Part shown: piece by piece, positions 8,668 through 18,074 of the stretch
Layout of the letters: the number at the start of each line of letters is the position of its first letter
How positions within the stretch are numbered: the first letter of the stretch is position 1
Origin: an uncultured virus (IMG/VR IMGVR_UViG_3300009034_000021)
Taxonomy: Duplodnaviria > Heunggongvirae > Uroviricota > Caudoviricetes
DNA: 64,000 bases
Virus record (IMG/VR): IMGVR_UViG_3300009034_000021
Span: 1 to 64,000 of that record
Strand: one strand, 5' to 3'
Position numbers and translations under genes: made by a program
The notes under the pieces: generated by a model
Told to the model about the DNA's origin: nothing
Databases searched by the model: none
The model's input: only the letters and a program-made list of their open reading frames with translations

Positions 8668-10285
8668 AGTCAGTTGGTCAAAAGTCGAGCGTGATTGGGA
8701 TGAATACTGGACTCAATTCGCCGGCGAGGAATGGCGAAGGGCATTCATGCCAGTGCTACGAGGGATAATCACGGCACAGGATGAAAGCATCAACACTACG
8801 TTTGGGATAGAGTTTAACGTAAGGAACCTGTTCAGCGAGGCATACCTGCACGATACCGACTTTGGCTATTGGTTTGAGAATTACGTAGATACATTTTCTA
8901 AACCAGTACTAGAGACGACAAAGAAAGACCTGCGGGACTTGCTGTTGCAAGCACAACAGAACGGCTGGACGATTGAGCAGATGCGAGAACAACTTGACCT
9001 GAATTGGGACAAGTATCTCGATCCAAAATTCACGTTGGAAGGTCGTGGGTTGACCGAAGAAGAACGGGATTGGTTCGAGGAACGCAATCCACGTTACCGT
9101 AAAGACTTGATAGCGCGTGACCAAACGATGCGGGCCAGCAACACGGGTGGGTATTATCTCTATCGCGCCTGGGGCGCGCCGATGAAAGAATGGCTGGCGA
9201 CGGGAGACGCTCGCACGAGAGATACACATTTGGCAGCATGGCAGATGTACAGCGAGGGAGGCAATCCGGGACCGATCCCGATGGAGATACCGTTCAAGGT
9301 CGGCGGGTTCAGTTTGATGTACCCTGGCGATCCGTCTGGGCCGCCGCAGGAGTCAATCCAGTGCCGGTGTACGACGCTGCCATTCTATCCTGAGTTTGCG
9401 GGGACGGAAGAGGAGGTGGCACAGGCGCGGGCGGGGATGGAGGCGGAGATTGGGCGGCGGGAGGGGGAACAAAGGAGGCACAGGAGAGGAGAACCTTGGC
9501 GTGGAGTAGCAGGACAAATACCAGTAGGGGAAGATCATACTACTGAGTTCATGGAAAAGTGGTTTACGGAAGGATTAGAAATAACACAGAATTGGCGCGA
9601 TGCCCCAATTAGCGCCCAGGGACGTGCCAAAGATGAGTTAGTCAGGGCGATTTCCGAGCGAAGCGGCATACCATATGAGAGCGTGAACAAAATTATTAGA
9701 CAGTGGGCACAGACCTCCAATGACGATGACATGCGATCCTTGGCGATGCAAAAAGCAGCAGTGGAACACTTTGGAGTTCCACTATCTGATTTTTCAAAAG
9801 GCAAAATTGATCTCATTTTACAAAAGGTGAATGATTCGTTGGGATATGGTGTTACTTTTGAAGAATTATATGAATTGGGGATTGAGCAACAACGTATACG
9901 TCCTAGATACTCTCCTTTGATGGAAAATGAGCAATTAAAAACAGTTTTGGGAGCAATGTACGAGAATACCCAAGAACGATTAGCGGCAGCGGGATTTGGG
10001 CCAGGAACTACTATCAGAATGAGGCGGGGCGTATACTTGCCAACGGAGGTTACGAAGGATTGGGAAGTAGGAGATACTGTACCTATCGAGGGCAACGCGA
10101 TTGAAAGCTGGTCAATAGGCCCAGATATTTCGGCGCGTTTTGGTGGCACGATTTTTGAAATGGACGTGCCGGTGGAGATGATCGTCGGCTCGGCGCGCTC
10201 TGGCTATGGTTGCTTAACTGAGGGGGAATTTGTCATCCTGGGCAGCACGCCGAGTGAGGCAAAATTACTGAGAGTTGGAAAATGA
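8507..10285 (+). CDS. MuF/SPP1 gp7-like minor head protein with a C-terminal ADP-ribosyltransferase-like domain
   Basis: MuF motifs KEWLATGDARTRDTH and YPGDPSGPPQESIQCRC; C-terminal R-G / S-W-S / E-x-E triad. Confidence 0.85.
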   Translation: MGLTARQKQRFLTGFDRRALGWEKAFARAMEKAMLANKRALLKLLRAAKSFKAEVSWSKVERDWDEYWTQFAGEEWRRAFMPVLRGIITAQDESINTTFGIEFNVRNLFSEAYLHDTDFGYWFENYVDTFSKPVLETTKKDLRDLLLQAQQNGWTIEQMREQLDLNWDKYLDPKFTLEGRGLTEEERDWFEERNPRYRKDLIARDQTMRASNTGGYYLYRAWGAPMKEWLATGDARTRDTHLAAWQMYSEGGNPGPIPMEIPFKVGGFSLMYPGDPSGPPQESIQCRCTTLPFYPEFAGTEEEVAQARAGMEAEIGRREGEQRRHRRGEPWRGVAGQIPVGEDHTTEFMEKWFTEGLEITQNWRDAPISAQGRAKDELVRAISERSGIPYESVNKIIRQWAQTSNDDDMRSLAMQKAAVEHFGVPLSDFSKGKIDLILQKVNDSLGYGVTFEELYELGIEQQRIRPRYSPLMENEQLKTVLGAMYENTQERLAAAGFGPGTTIRMRRGVYLPTEVTKDWEVGDTVPIEGNAIESWSIGPDISARFGGTIFEMDVPVEMIVGSARSGYGCLTEGEFVILGSTPSEAKLLRVGK

Positions 10286-10431
10286 CAAAACACAAAAAAG
10301 TTGTCAACATCGGCGACACAGACAAAAATGCCGATTGGATCAAAACGCCAAAAAACCGTGAAAGCGAACGGCGAATACACGAAGAATTGGAGAAGCAATA
10401 TCGTGAGCGGAAGGATAAAAAAGGGTGCTAG
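10282..10431 (+). CDS. 49-aa charged ORF translationally coupled to MuF-ART (below ORF track cutoff)
   Basis: ATGA overlap with the MuF stop; MTKHKKVVNIGDTDKNADWIK... Confidence 0.5.
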   Translation: MTKHKKVVNIGDTDKNADWIKTPKNRESERRIHEELEKQYRERKDKKGC

Positions 10432-10568
10432 CCAATGCCCTACCCACAACTCTCTGTGGATGGGGCCAAATCCAGACTTGCGCGCAGCACAGGCGGCTAT
10501 TGGGACACTTGGTGGCGATCTGATCGAATTTGACGAAATAGAATACGTCGAGGGATGGATATATTAGA

Positions 10569-10697
10569 ATGGAAGAGATATTGAATGAGATCGAGGATTT
10601 GATACTTTCTGTCGATCCTTTGGATGTAATTATAGTACTGTTATTCATTACATTCGCCGTCGTTCTTTCAGTCGTTTTGTTGAATTTTCTACATTAA
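10569..10697 (+). CDS. 42-aa single-TM protein
   Basis: ATG 10569 to TAA 10697, with a hydrophobic C-terminal half. Confidence 0.35.
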   Translation: MEEILNEIEDLILSVDPLDVIIVLLFITFAVVLSVVLLNFLH

Positions 10698-10751
10698 GCA
10701 TAATTGCAAAGTAGCTATATTGTGGTAAAATTACGTTAGGAGACGAAAGAC

Positions 10752-11066
10752 ATGGCCGAGTATAAGGATTTTTTGATCATCCTGGGAATTGCAGCCAAGA
10801 CTCAATGGCCTGAAATAAAATGGGATTCATTGCGGATTGTTGAAACCCAGCGGAGAGATGTGGATTTGCCTGTGACAAAGATAACGCCAGCGATTGGGGA
10901 ATTAGTAGATTGGTTGCCTCAAGAGAAAGAAGAATGGCCTGAATTTGAACGTGAGCGAATACATTTGAAGAGACTCAATATAGGCAAATTTTCTTGTTAT
11001 GTTGGCTACGCAGAAAAAAATAATGTCCTGTTGATAAATGAATATTGGGCTTCTATGAGGAAATGA
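10752..11066 (+). CDS. Hypothetical protein
   Basis: SD AGGAG; candidate promoter TTGCAA-16-TAAAAT at 10704-10731. Confidence 0.6.
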   Translation: MAEYKDFLIILGIAAKTQWPEIKWDSLRIVETQRRDVDLPVTKITPAIGELVDWLPQEKEEWPEFERERIHLKRLNIGKFSCYVGYAEKNNVLLINEYWASMRK

Positions 11067-11067
11067 C

Positions 11068-11556
11068 ATGAAAAAGATTGAATATTTTTGCAATTGGTGC
11101 GGAGAACAGGTCGCAGAAGAAGAGTGTATAATCGCATCCATCACGTTTGGAAAAGCGAAGGACGCTCCCGCTTTGCGGCTATCCGAACAGAAACTTGCAT
11201 TGCATTTGCATAAAGAATGCGTGGATGAGTTCCTGCTTGCCATCCGTCGGCAGTTAGCAATATCCGTAACAGAAAAGATCACCAAACGTATAAAAGCCAT
11301 AAGCGAAGAGCATACTGTTTCTTCCCAGGTGAGGCAGCCATTGGACACGAAAGAAGTTTGGATTGTCGCTAATGGTGGTTATGACTATCTCAATCTGGAA
11401 CTTTTGCAGATATGTTCCGCCGAGGAAATAGCAAAGCAGTTCTTGACTGAATACAATGCAGCTCACCCCAAACCATTCCCCTGGAATCAGCGGGGTTATG
11501 TCAAAATAGAACTAGATAAGCCATTTAAATTCCCAGATGAGCCGGCTCAGGAGTAA
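11068..11556 (+). CDS. Hypothetical protein with CxxC/HxxC Zn-binding motifs
   Basis: YFCNWCG ... LHKEC. Confidence 0.55.
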   Translation: MKKIEYFCNWCGEQVAEEECIIASITFGKAKDAPALRLSEQKLALHLHKECVDEFLLAIRRQLAISVTEKITKRIKAISEEHTVSSQVRQPLDTKEVWIVANGGYDYLNLELLQICSAEEIAKQFLTEYNAAHPKPFPWNQRGYVKIELDKPFKFPDEPAQE

Positions 11557-11708
11557 TGTTGGAAGAGAAAATTGAACAGCCTACTCCACAAGTGAAACGA
11601 TTGTTGATAACCATTCGCCAGGCACTTATCATGGTGCTAGGTGCGATTGAGAATTTTCTGGGAATGGAGCGAAGCATCACGCCAAAACGAAAGCGAGACA
11701 AGCACTAA
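11556..11708 (+). CDS. 50-aa phage protein
   Basis: TAATG coupling; MLEEKIEQPTPQVKRLLITIRQALIMVLGAIENFLGMERSITPKRKR. Confidence 0.5.
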   Translation: MLEEKIEQPTPQVKRLLITIRQALIMVLGAIENFLGMERSITPKRKRDKH

Positions 11709-11741
11709 TCTAACAACCTTATAGCAGCCACCGGTTCAGCC

Positions 11742-11798
11742 AGCGGCATTTTTCTGGACAGCGTAACACCGTCCAAAAAAGTGCCGCTTTTTTATTTT
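11742..11798 (+). terminator. Intrinsic terminator-like hairpin
   Basis: AGCGGCATTTTTCTGGAC / GTCCAAAAAAGTGCCGCT stem followed by TTTTTATTTT. Confidence 0.65.
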
Positions 11799-14700
11799 AT
11801 GATGGAAATTGCCAAAATTACACCGGAATCTATACGAGAGGAGAGCAACGAGGCTCTATTGAACTTGCATCGTCATTTGCATGGTTTATGGTCTCAGCAC
11901 TTCGCTGATGGCGAGAGGACTACAAACGGTCTGACGAAAGAAGACTTAGTTAATGCCCATGTATTCGTGCGTGATGATATGGCACGACGGAAGATGCAAC
12001 ATGCAAGCGAACCACGAAATGGTTTGGATAAAGCGACACGTGAATTGAGCCGTAAGGGACTGGACGACGTGCTGAGCGAATCGGCAGAGGACACAATACT
12101 TGTCCCGGCCATCGTCACCATCACCGGTTCGGTGGGCGAGGGGCGCGAGAAGGCAGAAGACCTCGATGTACTGATACGGGCTGACCGGATCGAACAGGCA
12201 GGGAATCCCGGCTTTTTGATACGGGCAGAGGATATCGAGTTGCCAGTGCGAAAGCGATTTGATCCTGAGAAGACTGGGCTTGAAGTTCATTGGAATACAA
12301 ATCCGCAGGGTCCGCACGCGGATTATCTGCACATGGCCGATCTGGTATTACGGTGGCGGAGCCCGGTGGAACAAGTTTCGGTCAAGGCTGGCCGCCGTGT
12401 GCGTCAGGTGCGATTGGCACAGATACAAGGATTATTAACACGACTCAAGGATTTAGAACAAGAGATCGAAGGTTTTCTAGAGTGGGCCGAATATCGCGAT
12501 GTGCCGTTGATTACAGTCGTAGACGGACATTACATCCAACGTGAGGGAAAGCAGACACCGCTTGTACCGACAGAGTTCAAGCCAGCGATAGACGAGAAAT
12601 GTGTCTGTCCGGAATGTAAACACGAAAGTGGGCCGGCGGAAGGCAAAACTTGCATTGAGACGAAATGTCCAGAGTGTGGAGCATTGATGAAAGCCAAGGA
12701 GCCCACAGCGGTAGAGCCGGCGAAAGCAGCCGAGATAAAAGTCGTCGCTCCCGGCAAGCGATACTCAGTAATGAAGCCAAGCATGACAGGCGTGACGGAG
12801 TATTTTTCAACGGATGAACTGTGGGGCTGGACGCAAAAGAAATTGGAAGGCGATCATGCGCTATTGGGCAGTCCGAAGATAGACGGTTTTAGGGCAGTCA
12901 TCTCAAAGGATGGCGACACCTCAGTGTGGTTTGAAGATAGCAAAGAAACGAAGACGCCGCCAGGTATGCCTGAGTTGACGGGGCCGTCGTTCGTGATCGA
13001 GGGTGAATTCACGGCAAAACGCGGCGATAAATGGTTGGCCCGGACACAACTGGCCGGCGTCGTAGCAGGAAAGACGGAAGCGAGGCCACATTTTTGGCTA
13101 TACGACCTGCTTTATCACGATGGTGAGGACGTCAGCCAACGACCTTTCACCGAACGCCTGACTCTATTGAAAAAACTCAAATTGCCAGAACGCCACTTTA
13201 CGGTACTGGCTCAGCGTTCGGTACGCGGGCAACGAGACTTAGGGGCAGTGGGTAAATGGGCTGCTGGCCGGCCGCTATCAGAAGGACTGTTTCTGCGGGT
13301 TGCTGATGCAAAGTATGCATTTGGATCCAGTGACAGTTGCGCCAAACTCAAGACGGTGGCGGAACTAAAAGTCCAAGTCATTGATTCAGAGCGCAAGAAA
13401 AACGGAATCGTGTACCACGTTGGCCTTCGCGAGCCAGGCAAGTTCAGCAATGTGGCTGGAGAACTACTGGACTTGGGTAACACGTTCGTCGGCCCAGATC
13501 AGAGAGTAAAGGCCGGCGATACACTGAACGTTGTCTGTGAGGAATTAGTCATCGGCAGCAAGGACAGTAGACCAATTCTGCTCTGGGGCAAACCGACTGT
13601 GCAGGGCCCTGATAAATCACGACCGGCGTATACGACTGAACAGGCTATCAGCCTGGCACGGCGAAAGCACATCCTCAAAGAGGAGATAGCCACATCAGAA
13701 ACAAAAGCGGCAAAGTTGGAGGAGACACGAGGAGAACGGGCTGGGCGATCCTGGAAAGATAACTGGGCTAAATTAGTGATAAAGGGTGAAGGTAAATTCA
13801 TCCTGCACGGGCATTTTCCGGCCCTGACGGAAGAAGAATCAAAGTGGGACCTTCAAAAGTTGCTGGCGGCCAACAAGCAATATCATACTGATTTGAGGAA
13901 CGAGGCGCCGAGGCCGAATGGAGCATGGGGTTTCACGAACTATGAGGGGCGTGGCAGTAAGGTAGGGCCAAAGAGTACGCGGTTGTACAAAATGCCATCA
14001 AACAAACCGATGCGCGGTAGTTTTAAATTAGAACAGCCTCGCGCCTGGTTAACACATGCCAAGAACAAGCCAGAAGTGCACGAAGACGTCGGAGTCACAG
14101 GGAAGGACTGTGCAAAATTTTTTGCTTTGGACTGGGGACGTTACAAATTGACTTTCGCACGCGAGCATGCCTTCGAGATAATTTACGACGGCGCAAAAGG
14201 CGTGATGAACGGACGATATCAGATCAATTACGTCCCCGTAGGAGATGAGCGCGCATGGATGATATCACGGCCAGAAACGCAGGATGAGATTTACGCCGAC
14301 GAACACAAACTCGACACAGTACGCGATGACGTAAGGAGAAAAGGCCAGCAATGGTTGTTCTGGCGTGAGTCGTTGGGTGCTCCGCTACAGAAAATAAATG
14401 TGCGGAGTAGCAAGGAGAGCAAAATGCATGAAATGAATTTGAACGGTGAACTCACTGAGTTGGAGCTTCTGGATTTAGGCAGAACGGTGAAAGCCGCAGC
14501 CACACTCAGGTCTGCGCTGGAGGCGGCGTTAAAACGAATCGATAAAGAAGATGCCGAAGGCGCGATTGGACGGTTGCGGGCTGCGTTAGACAAAGTTAAT
14601 GATTACGGCTATGGCTATGGCTCACCGACCGGCGAGAAGGCAGTCAGTGCGAGTGCGATCAAAAAAGAGTTGAATCGTTGCATCGCTGGACTGGAGGATG

Positions 14701-15485
14701 ACGAACCTGACTATGGTAAAGCAAAAACCGTCCTTCAGAAATTGTTGGGTCGGCTGGGTTATGGCTCGTCTGATAAGGCGACTTCAGTAGATGCACTGAA
14801 GAAACAACTTATGCAGGTCATAGGTGAACTCAATCGTGACGAGCCGGATATGGAAAAAGTGGCCAGTGCTCTGCAAGGAGCCTTGGGCAAACTTGGCAAA
14901 AGTGAAGCGAAGGCAGCCGAATTAACAGCGGTAAAGATGCTGCGTGAGGAAAATGGCGGTGCGGTAGTCGGCGGGCACCTGTTGTTGTGGGGTAGCCCAG
15001 GGCAGAAGGACCTAGACGGCGACTACTTTACGCCGGAAACCAATCTGTGGCTTGATGAATACAAGTCAGTGCCGGCGATGTTTCATCACGGGCTTGATGC
15101 GAAAATCGGCCTGACGGCCATCGGCAGACGGCTTAAGGCAGCCAAAGATGACATTGGCGTATGGGTCGAAGATTGGTTGGATAAAAGCCACAAATACTGG
15201 GCTTTCGTCGAGAAGCTGTTAAAAGCCGGAGCATTGTATTATTCACCCGGATCGGCGCCACATTTGGTAGAACGGGAAACGGATGGGCGGCTAAAATCTT
15301 TCGCCGTGGTAGACGACACCCTGACACCCATCCCGTGCCAATATCGATTACGTCCCGTATCCGAAATCCAGGCGTCCTACAAGGCGGTTGGATTGGAGTT
15401 GCCAGATGTAGCGTTGGACAAAGGTGGACTGAAAGAAGAAATCGAAAAAACCGAGTCGGAACTGAAACGACTCATGGAGGTGTAA
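11799..15485 (+). CDS. Head polyprotein: nucleotidyltransferase-like + Zn ribbon + ATP-dependent ligase + LigD-like 3'-phosphoesterase + helical repeats + prohead protease
   Basis: ITGS..EDLDVL; CVCPEC..CPECG; ligase motifs PKIDGFR, IEGEF, LYDLL, EGLFLR, AKLK; FILHGH..HTDLRNE; C-terminal DLDGDYF..FHHG..YSPGS protease-like domain directly before the MCP. Confidence 0.8.
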   Translation: MMEIAKITPESIREESNEALLNLHRHLHGLWSQHFADGERTTNGLTKEDLVNAHVFVRDDMARRKMQHASEPRNGLDKATRELSRKGLDDVLSESAEDTILVPAIVTITGSVGEGREKAEDLDVLIRADRIEQAGNPGFLIRAEDIELPVRKRFDPEKTGLEVHWNTNPQGPHADYLHMADLVLRWRSPVEQVSVKAGRRVRQVRLAQIQGLLTRLKDLEQEIEGFLEWAEYRDVPLITVVDGHYIQREGKQTPLVPTEFKPAIDEKCVCPECKHESGPAEGKTCIETKCPECGALMKAKEPTAVEPAKAAEIKVVAPGKRYSVMKPSMTGVTEYFSTDELWGWTQKKLEGDHALLGSPKIDGFRAVISKDGDTSVWFEDSKETKTPPGMPELTGPSFVIEGEFTAKRGDKWLARTQLAGVVAGKTEARPHFWLYDLLYHDGEDVSQRPFTERLTLLKKLKLPERHFTVLAQRSVRGQRDLGAVGKWAAGRPLSEGLFLRVADAKYAFGSSDSCAKLKTVAELKVQVIDSERKKNGIVYHVGLREPGKFSNVAGELLDLGNTFVGPDQRVKAGDTLNVVCEELVIGSKDSRPILLWGKPTVQGPDKSRPAYTTEQAISLARRKHILKEEIATSETKAAKLEETRGERAGRSWKDNWAKLVIKGEGKFILHGHFPALTEEESKWDLQKLLAANKQYHTDLRNEAPRPNGAWGFTNYEGRGSKVGPKSTRLYKMPSNKPMRGSFKLEQPRAWLTHAKNKPEVHEDVGVTGKDCAKFFALDWGRYKLTFAREHAFEIIYDGAKGVMNGRYQINYVPVGDERAWMISRPETQDEIYADEHKLDTVRDDVRRKGQQWLFWRESLGAPLQKINVRSSKESKMHEMNLNGELTELELLDLGRTVKAAATLRSALEAALKRIDKEDAEGAIGRLRAALDKVNDYGYGYGSPTGEKAVSASAIKKELNRCIAGLEDDEPDYGKAKTVLQKLLGRLGYGSSDKATSVDALKKQLMQVIGELNRDEPDMEKVASALQGALGKLGKSEAKAAELTAVKMLREENGGAVVGGHLLLWGSPGQKDLDGDYFTPETNLWLDEYKSVPAMFHHGLDAKIGLTAIGRRLKAAKDDIGVWVEDWLDKSHKYWAFVEKLLKAGALYYSPGSAPHLVERETDGRLKSFAVVDDTLTPIPCQYRLRPVSEIQASYKAVGLELPDVALDKGGLKEEIEKTESELKRLMEV

Positions 15486-15486
15486 T

Positions 15487-16770
15487 ATGAACTGGAAAGA
15501 AATGTTGGCACAAGCCAACAAACTGATGGAGGAGGTCAAGGCAGTTGATGTGGCCGAGGCGTCCGCCGAAGAGCTAGAGCAAATCGGGGAGAAACATGCC
15601 GAGGCAAAGGCTTTGATGGCGAAAGCCGGACAGCTTAAGGAAATTGAACAGACTGCGCTTGAACTCCAGCAAACAGTAGAGGCAGAACAGCAAGGTGATT
15701 CACCGGTTGAGGGCAGCGAGTTCAAAACCTGGGGCGATTTCCTGTTTGCTACGTGGCTTTGGACGGCGCATCAGAAACGTGATCCACGTCTCAAAGTTTT
15801 CAAGGACGATGCACCGTCGAGTAAACCAGAAGTCAAAGACATGGTAGAGAGCACCGGCGCGGCGGGTGGATTCCTCGTGCCTGTGGAGTTCCTGGCCGAG
15901 CTTCAGGCGGCTATGGCTGAAAACGCTATCGTCAGACCACGAGCGACCATCCTGCCGATGCGACGCAGGCAACTTGATGTGCCGGTGCTTGACCAGACCG
16001 GGACCACGGCTGGCATACCTCATTGGTTCGGCGGAATGCAGTTTTACTGGGCTGAGGAAGCGCACGAAAAGACATTGAGCGATCCGACGTTCCGCAAAAT
16101 CTCGCTGGTGGCACACAAGATGATCGGCTACACGCGAGCCAGTGATGAATTGCTGGATGATTCGGCCATCAGCCTGGAGGCGTTTCTGAGTGGACCGCTT
16201 GGTTTTGCTGGCGGTGCGACGTGGATGGAAGACTACGCTTTCTTGCAAGGCACCGGTGCCGGGCAGCCGCTCGGCGTCATTCCCGCTACGGCCACGATCA
16301 ATGTCGCCCGTGCGACGGCGGGCACGATCACTTACGCAGACATTTGCAACATGTTAATGAATTTCCTGCCGACCGGTAAAGGTGTGTGGGTCATCAGCCA
16401 AAGTGCGCTGAGTACTGTGGTGCAAATCTCTGGCCCAGCGGGAAATCCTAGTTACGTCTGGCAGCCAAACGCACGGGAAAAGACTCCCGCTTATCTATTT
16501 GGCTATCCTGTCATCTGGTCGGAAAAGTCACCGGCTATGGGTACCGCTGGCGACATCCTGCTAGCCGACTTTCAGTATTATCTTATCGGGGATCGCCAGG
16601 CGACGACAGTAGAATCGACCAAATTCGACCGCTGGCGATATGACGAGACTAGCTGGCGCATGGTGCACCGCGTGGATGGCCAACCGTGGTTAAGCCAACC
16701 CCTAACCTATCAGGACGGCGCGACGCAAGTGAGTCCATTCGTCATTCTGGCCGGTGCCGGGGCGAGCTAA
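15487..16770 (+). CDS. Major capsid protein (HK97 fold, with N-terminal delta domain)
   Basis: Coiled-coil N-terminus; GGFLVP, WAEEA, SDELLDDS, FLQGTGAGQPLG, LFGYPV, LADFQYY, RVDGQP. Confidence 0.95.
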   Translation: MNWKEMLAQANKLMEEVKAVDVAEASAEELEQIGEKHAEAKALMAKAGQLKEIEQTALELQQTVEAEQQGDSPVEGSEFKTWGDFLFATWLWTAHQKRDPRLKVFKDDAPSSKPEVKDMVESTGAAGGFLVPVEFLAELQAAMAENAIVRPRATILPMRRRQLDVPVLDQTGTTAGIPHWFGGMQFYWAEEAHEKTLSDPTFRKISLVAHKMIGYTRASDELLDDSAISLEAFLSGPLGFAGGATWMEDYAFLQGTGAGQPLGVIPATATINVARATAGTITYADICNMLMNFLPTGKGVWVISQSALSTVVQISGPAGNPSYVWQPNAREKTPAYLFGYPVIWSEKSPAMGTAGDILLADFQYYLIGDRQATTVESTKFDRWRYDETSWRMVHRVDGQPWLSQPLTYQDGATQVSPFVILAGAGAS

Positions 16771-16782
16771 GGAGGATAAACC

Positions 16783-17214
16783 ATGAGTAGCTTTACACAG
16801 GCGTTTTATGAAGTTGAGTGGATTGGCATCGTCATCAACTTCGCCGCTCAAGGCAGCCAGAATAGCAACTGGTACGATATGGAAGAATTTCATCGTGCTA
16901 CCGCTATTCTGATGACCGGAGCAGTTGGTGCCGGTGAGGATGTGCGTATAGCCATCTACACTGCGACCGATGGCGCGGGCACGAGCCGGACGCTGGTCAA
17001 GCAGATGACAGCCGCCCAGGCGGTGAACGGCAATGACGATCTGGCGATTGTCGAGCTGCGGACTGAAGAAATGGCAGGCGCGCTGGTCAATGCTAAATTC
17101 ATACGGATCGAGGCAACTGCGACGCTGACGCCAGAGTATGGCGTGCTGTTACTGCGGCGCGTGCCGAGATTCCCACCGGTTGACGTAACGCATATCGACC
17201 GACTGATTGCGTGA
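16783..17214 (+). CDS. Putative capsid decoration/structural protein
   Basis: Directly after the MCP, SD AGGAGG, beta-rich. Confidence 0.6.
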   Translation: MSSFTQAFYEVEWIGIVINFAAQGSQNSNWYDMEEFHRATAILMTGAVGAGEDVRIAIYTATDGAGTSRTLVKQMTAAQAVNGNDDLAIVELRTEEMAGALVNAKFIRIEATATLTPEYGVLLLRRVPRFPPVDVTHIDRLIA

Positions 17215-17264
17215 TAGACATGGAGGGACTTGGATAACTCTATCCAAGTCCCTCCGACCACCTA

Positions 17265-18074
17265 ATGAGTCGCTGGATACGTCTCAAGTCAATGCAATTC
17301 ATACGCCGGAAACGATACCAGGCCGGCGAGTGGATTTGCGTTGGCAATCAATTAGCTGAAAAGTTGATCAGTCAGGGAGAGGCTGATAGTGGGCCGACGA
17401 TGACGGCGGAAATCGCTGACGATGCTGGAGTCGTGTACGTGGTGTATGGAGATAGAGCAGTTAAAGAGGCCAGAGACTCAGTAAAATCGATAAAAGGATT
17501 GCATCCCAGTTTGCCTGTCGTCATCGTATCAGACGATGATCCAGGCATCAAAGAGACGCAATTTGTCTATCACGAGGACACCGATCCCGGAGCGCGGGCG
17601 GCGAAACTGGCGACATACGAACTTTCACCGTTTGAACGAACACTGTACCTCGACGCTGACACGGTGGCGATATCATCTCTGGCCGGTGGATTTAACCTGC
17701 TGCAAAACTTTGACGTGGCCTTGGCAATCGATCTCACGACAGCGGCGCAGGGTGTGTTGGCTGGAATGCTCACGTACACAGAAGAGGAAAGGTCGGCAAC
17801 GAGAGAGGTGTTGCCAACACCACATCTGACACAATATGCCTGCGGTGCGATTTTCTTTCGTAAAAGTGACGAAACGGCAAAGTTATTTCAGGCCTGGCGT
17901 GCTGAATGGTTGCGCTTTCGGTGGCGCGATCAGGGTGCCTTTCTGCGGGCACTTTATCGGACACCGATACGGCATGTAGCGTTGCCAATCGAATGGAATG
18001 TCTCAGGACGACGGCGCAAGGCGATGGTGATACATCACCGTTGGGGTACGGCACGGAGGCCGGGGCAAGGATGA
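17265..18074 (+). CDS. GT-A glycosyltransferase (GT8-like) with a small N-terminal phage domain
   Basis: TLYLDADT DxD motif, DQGAF, LPIEWN. Confidence 0.8.
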   Translation: MSRWIRLKSMQFIRRKRYQAGEWICVGNQLAEKLISQGEADSGPTMTAEIADDAGVVYVVYGDRAVKEARDSVKSIKGLHPSLPVVIVSDDDPGIKETQFVYHEDTDPGARAAKLATYELSPFERTLYLDADTVAISSLAGGFNLLQNFDVALAIDLTTAAQGVLAGMLTYTEEERSATREVLPTPHLTQYACGAIFFRKSDETAKLFQAWRAEWLRFRWRDQGAFLRALYRTPIRHVALPIEWNVSGRRRKAMVIHHRWGTARRPGQG

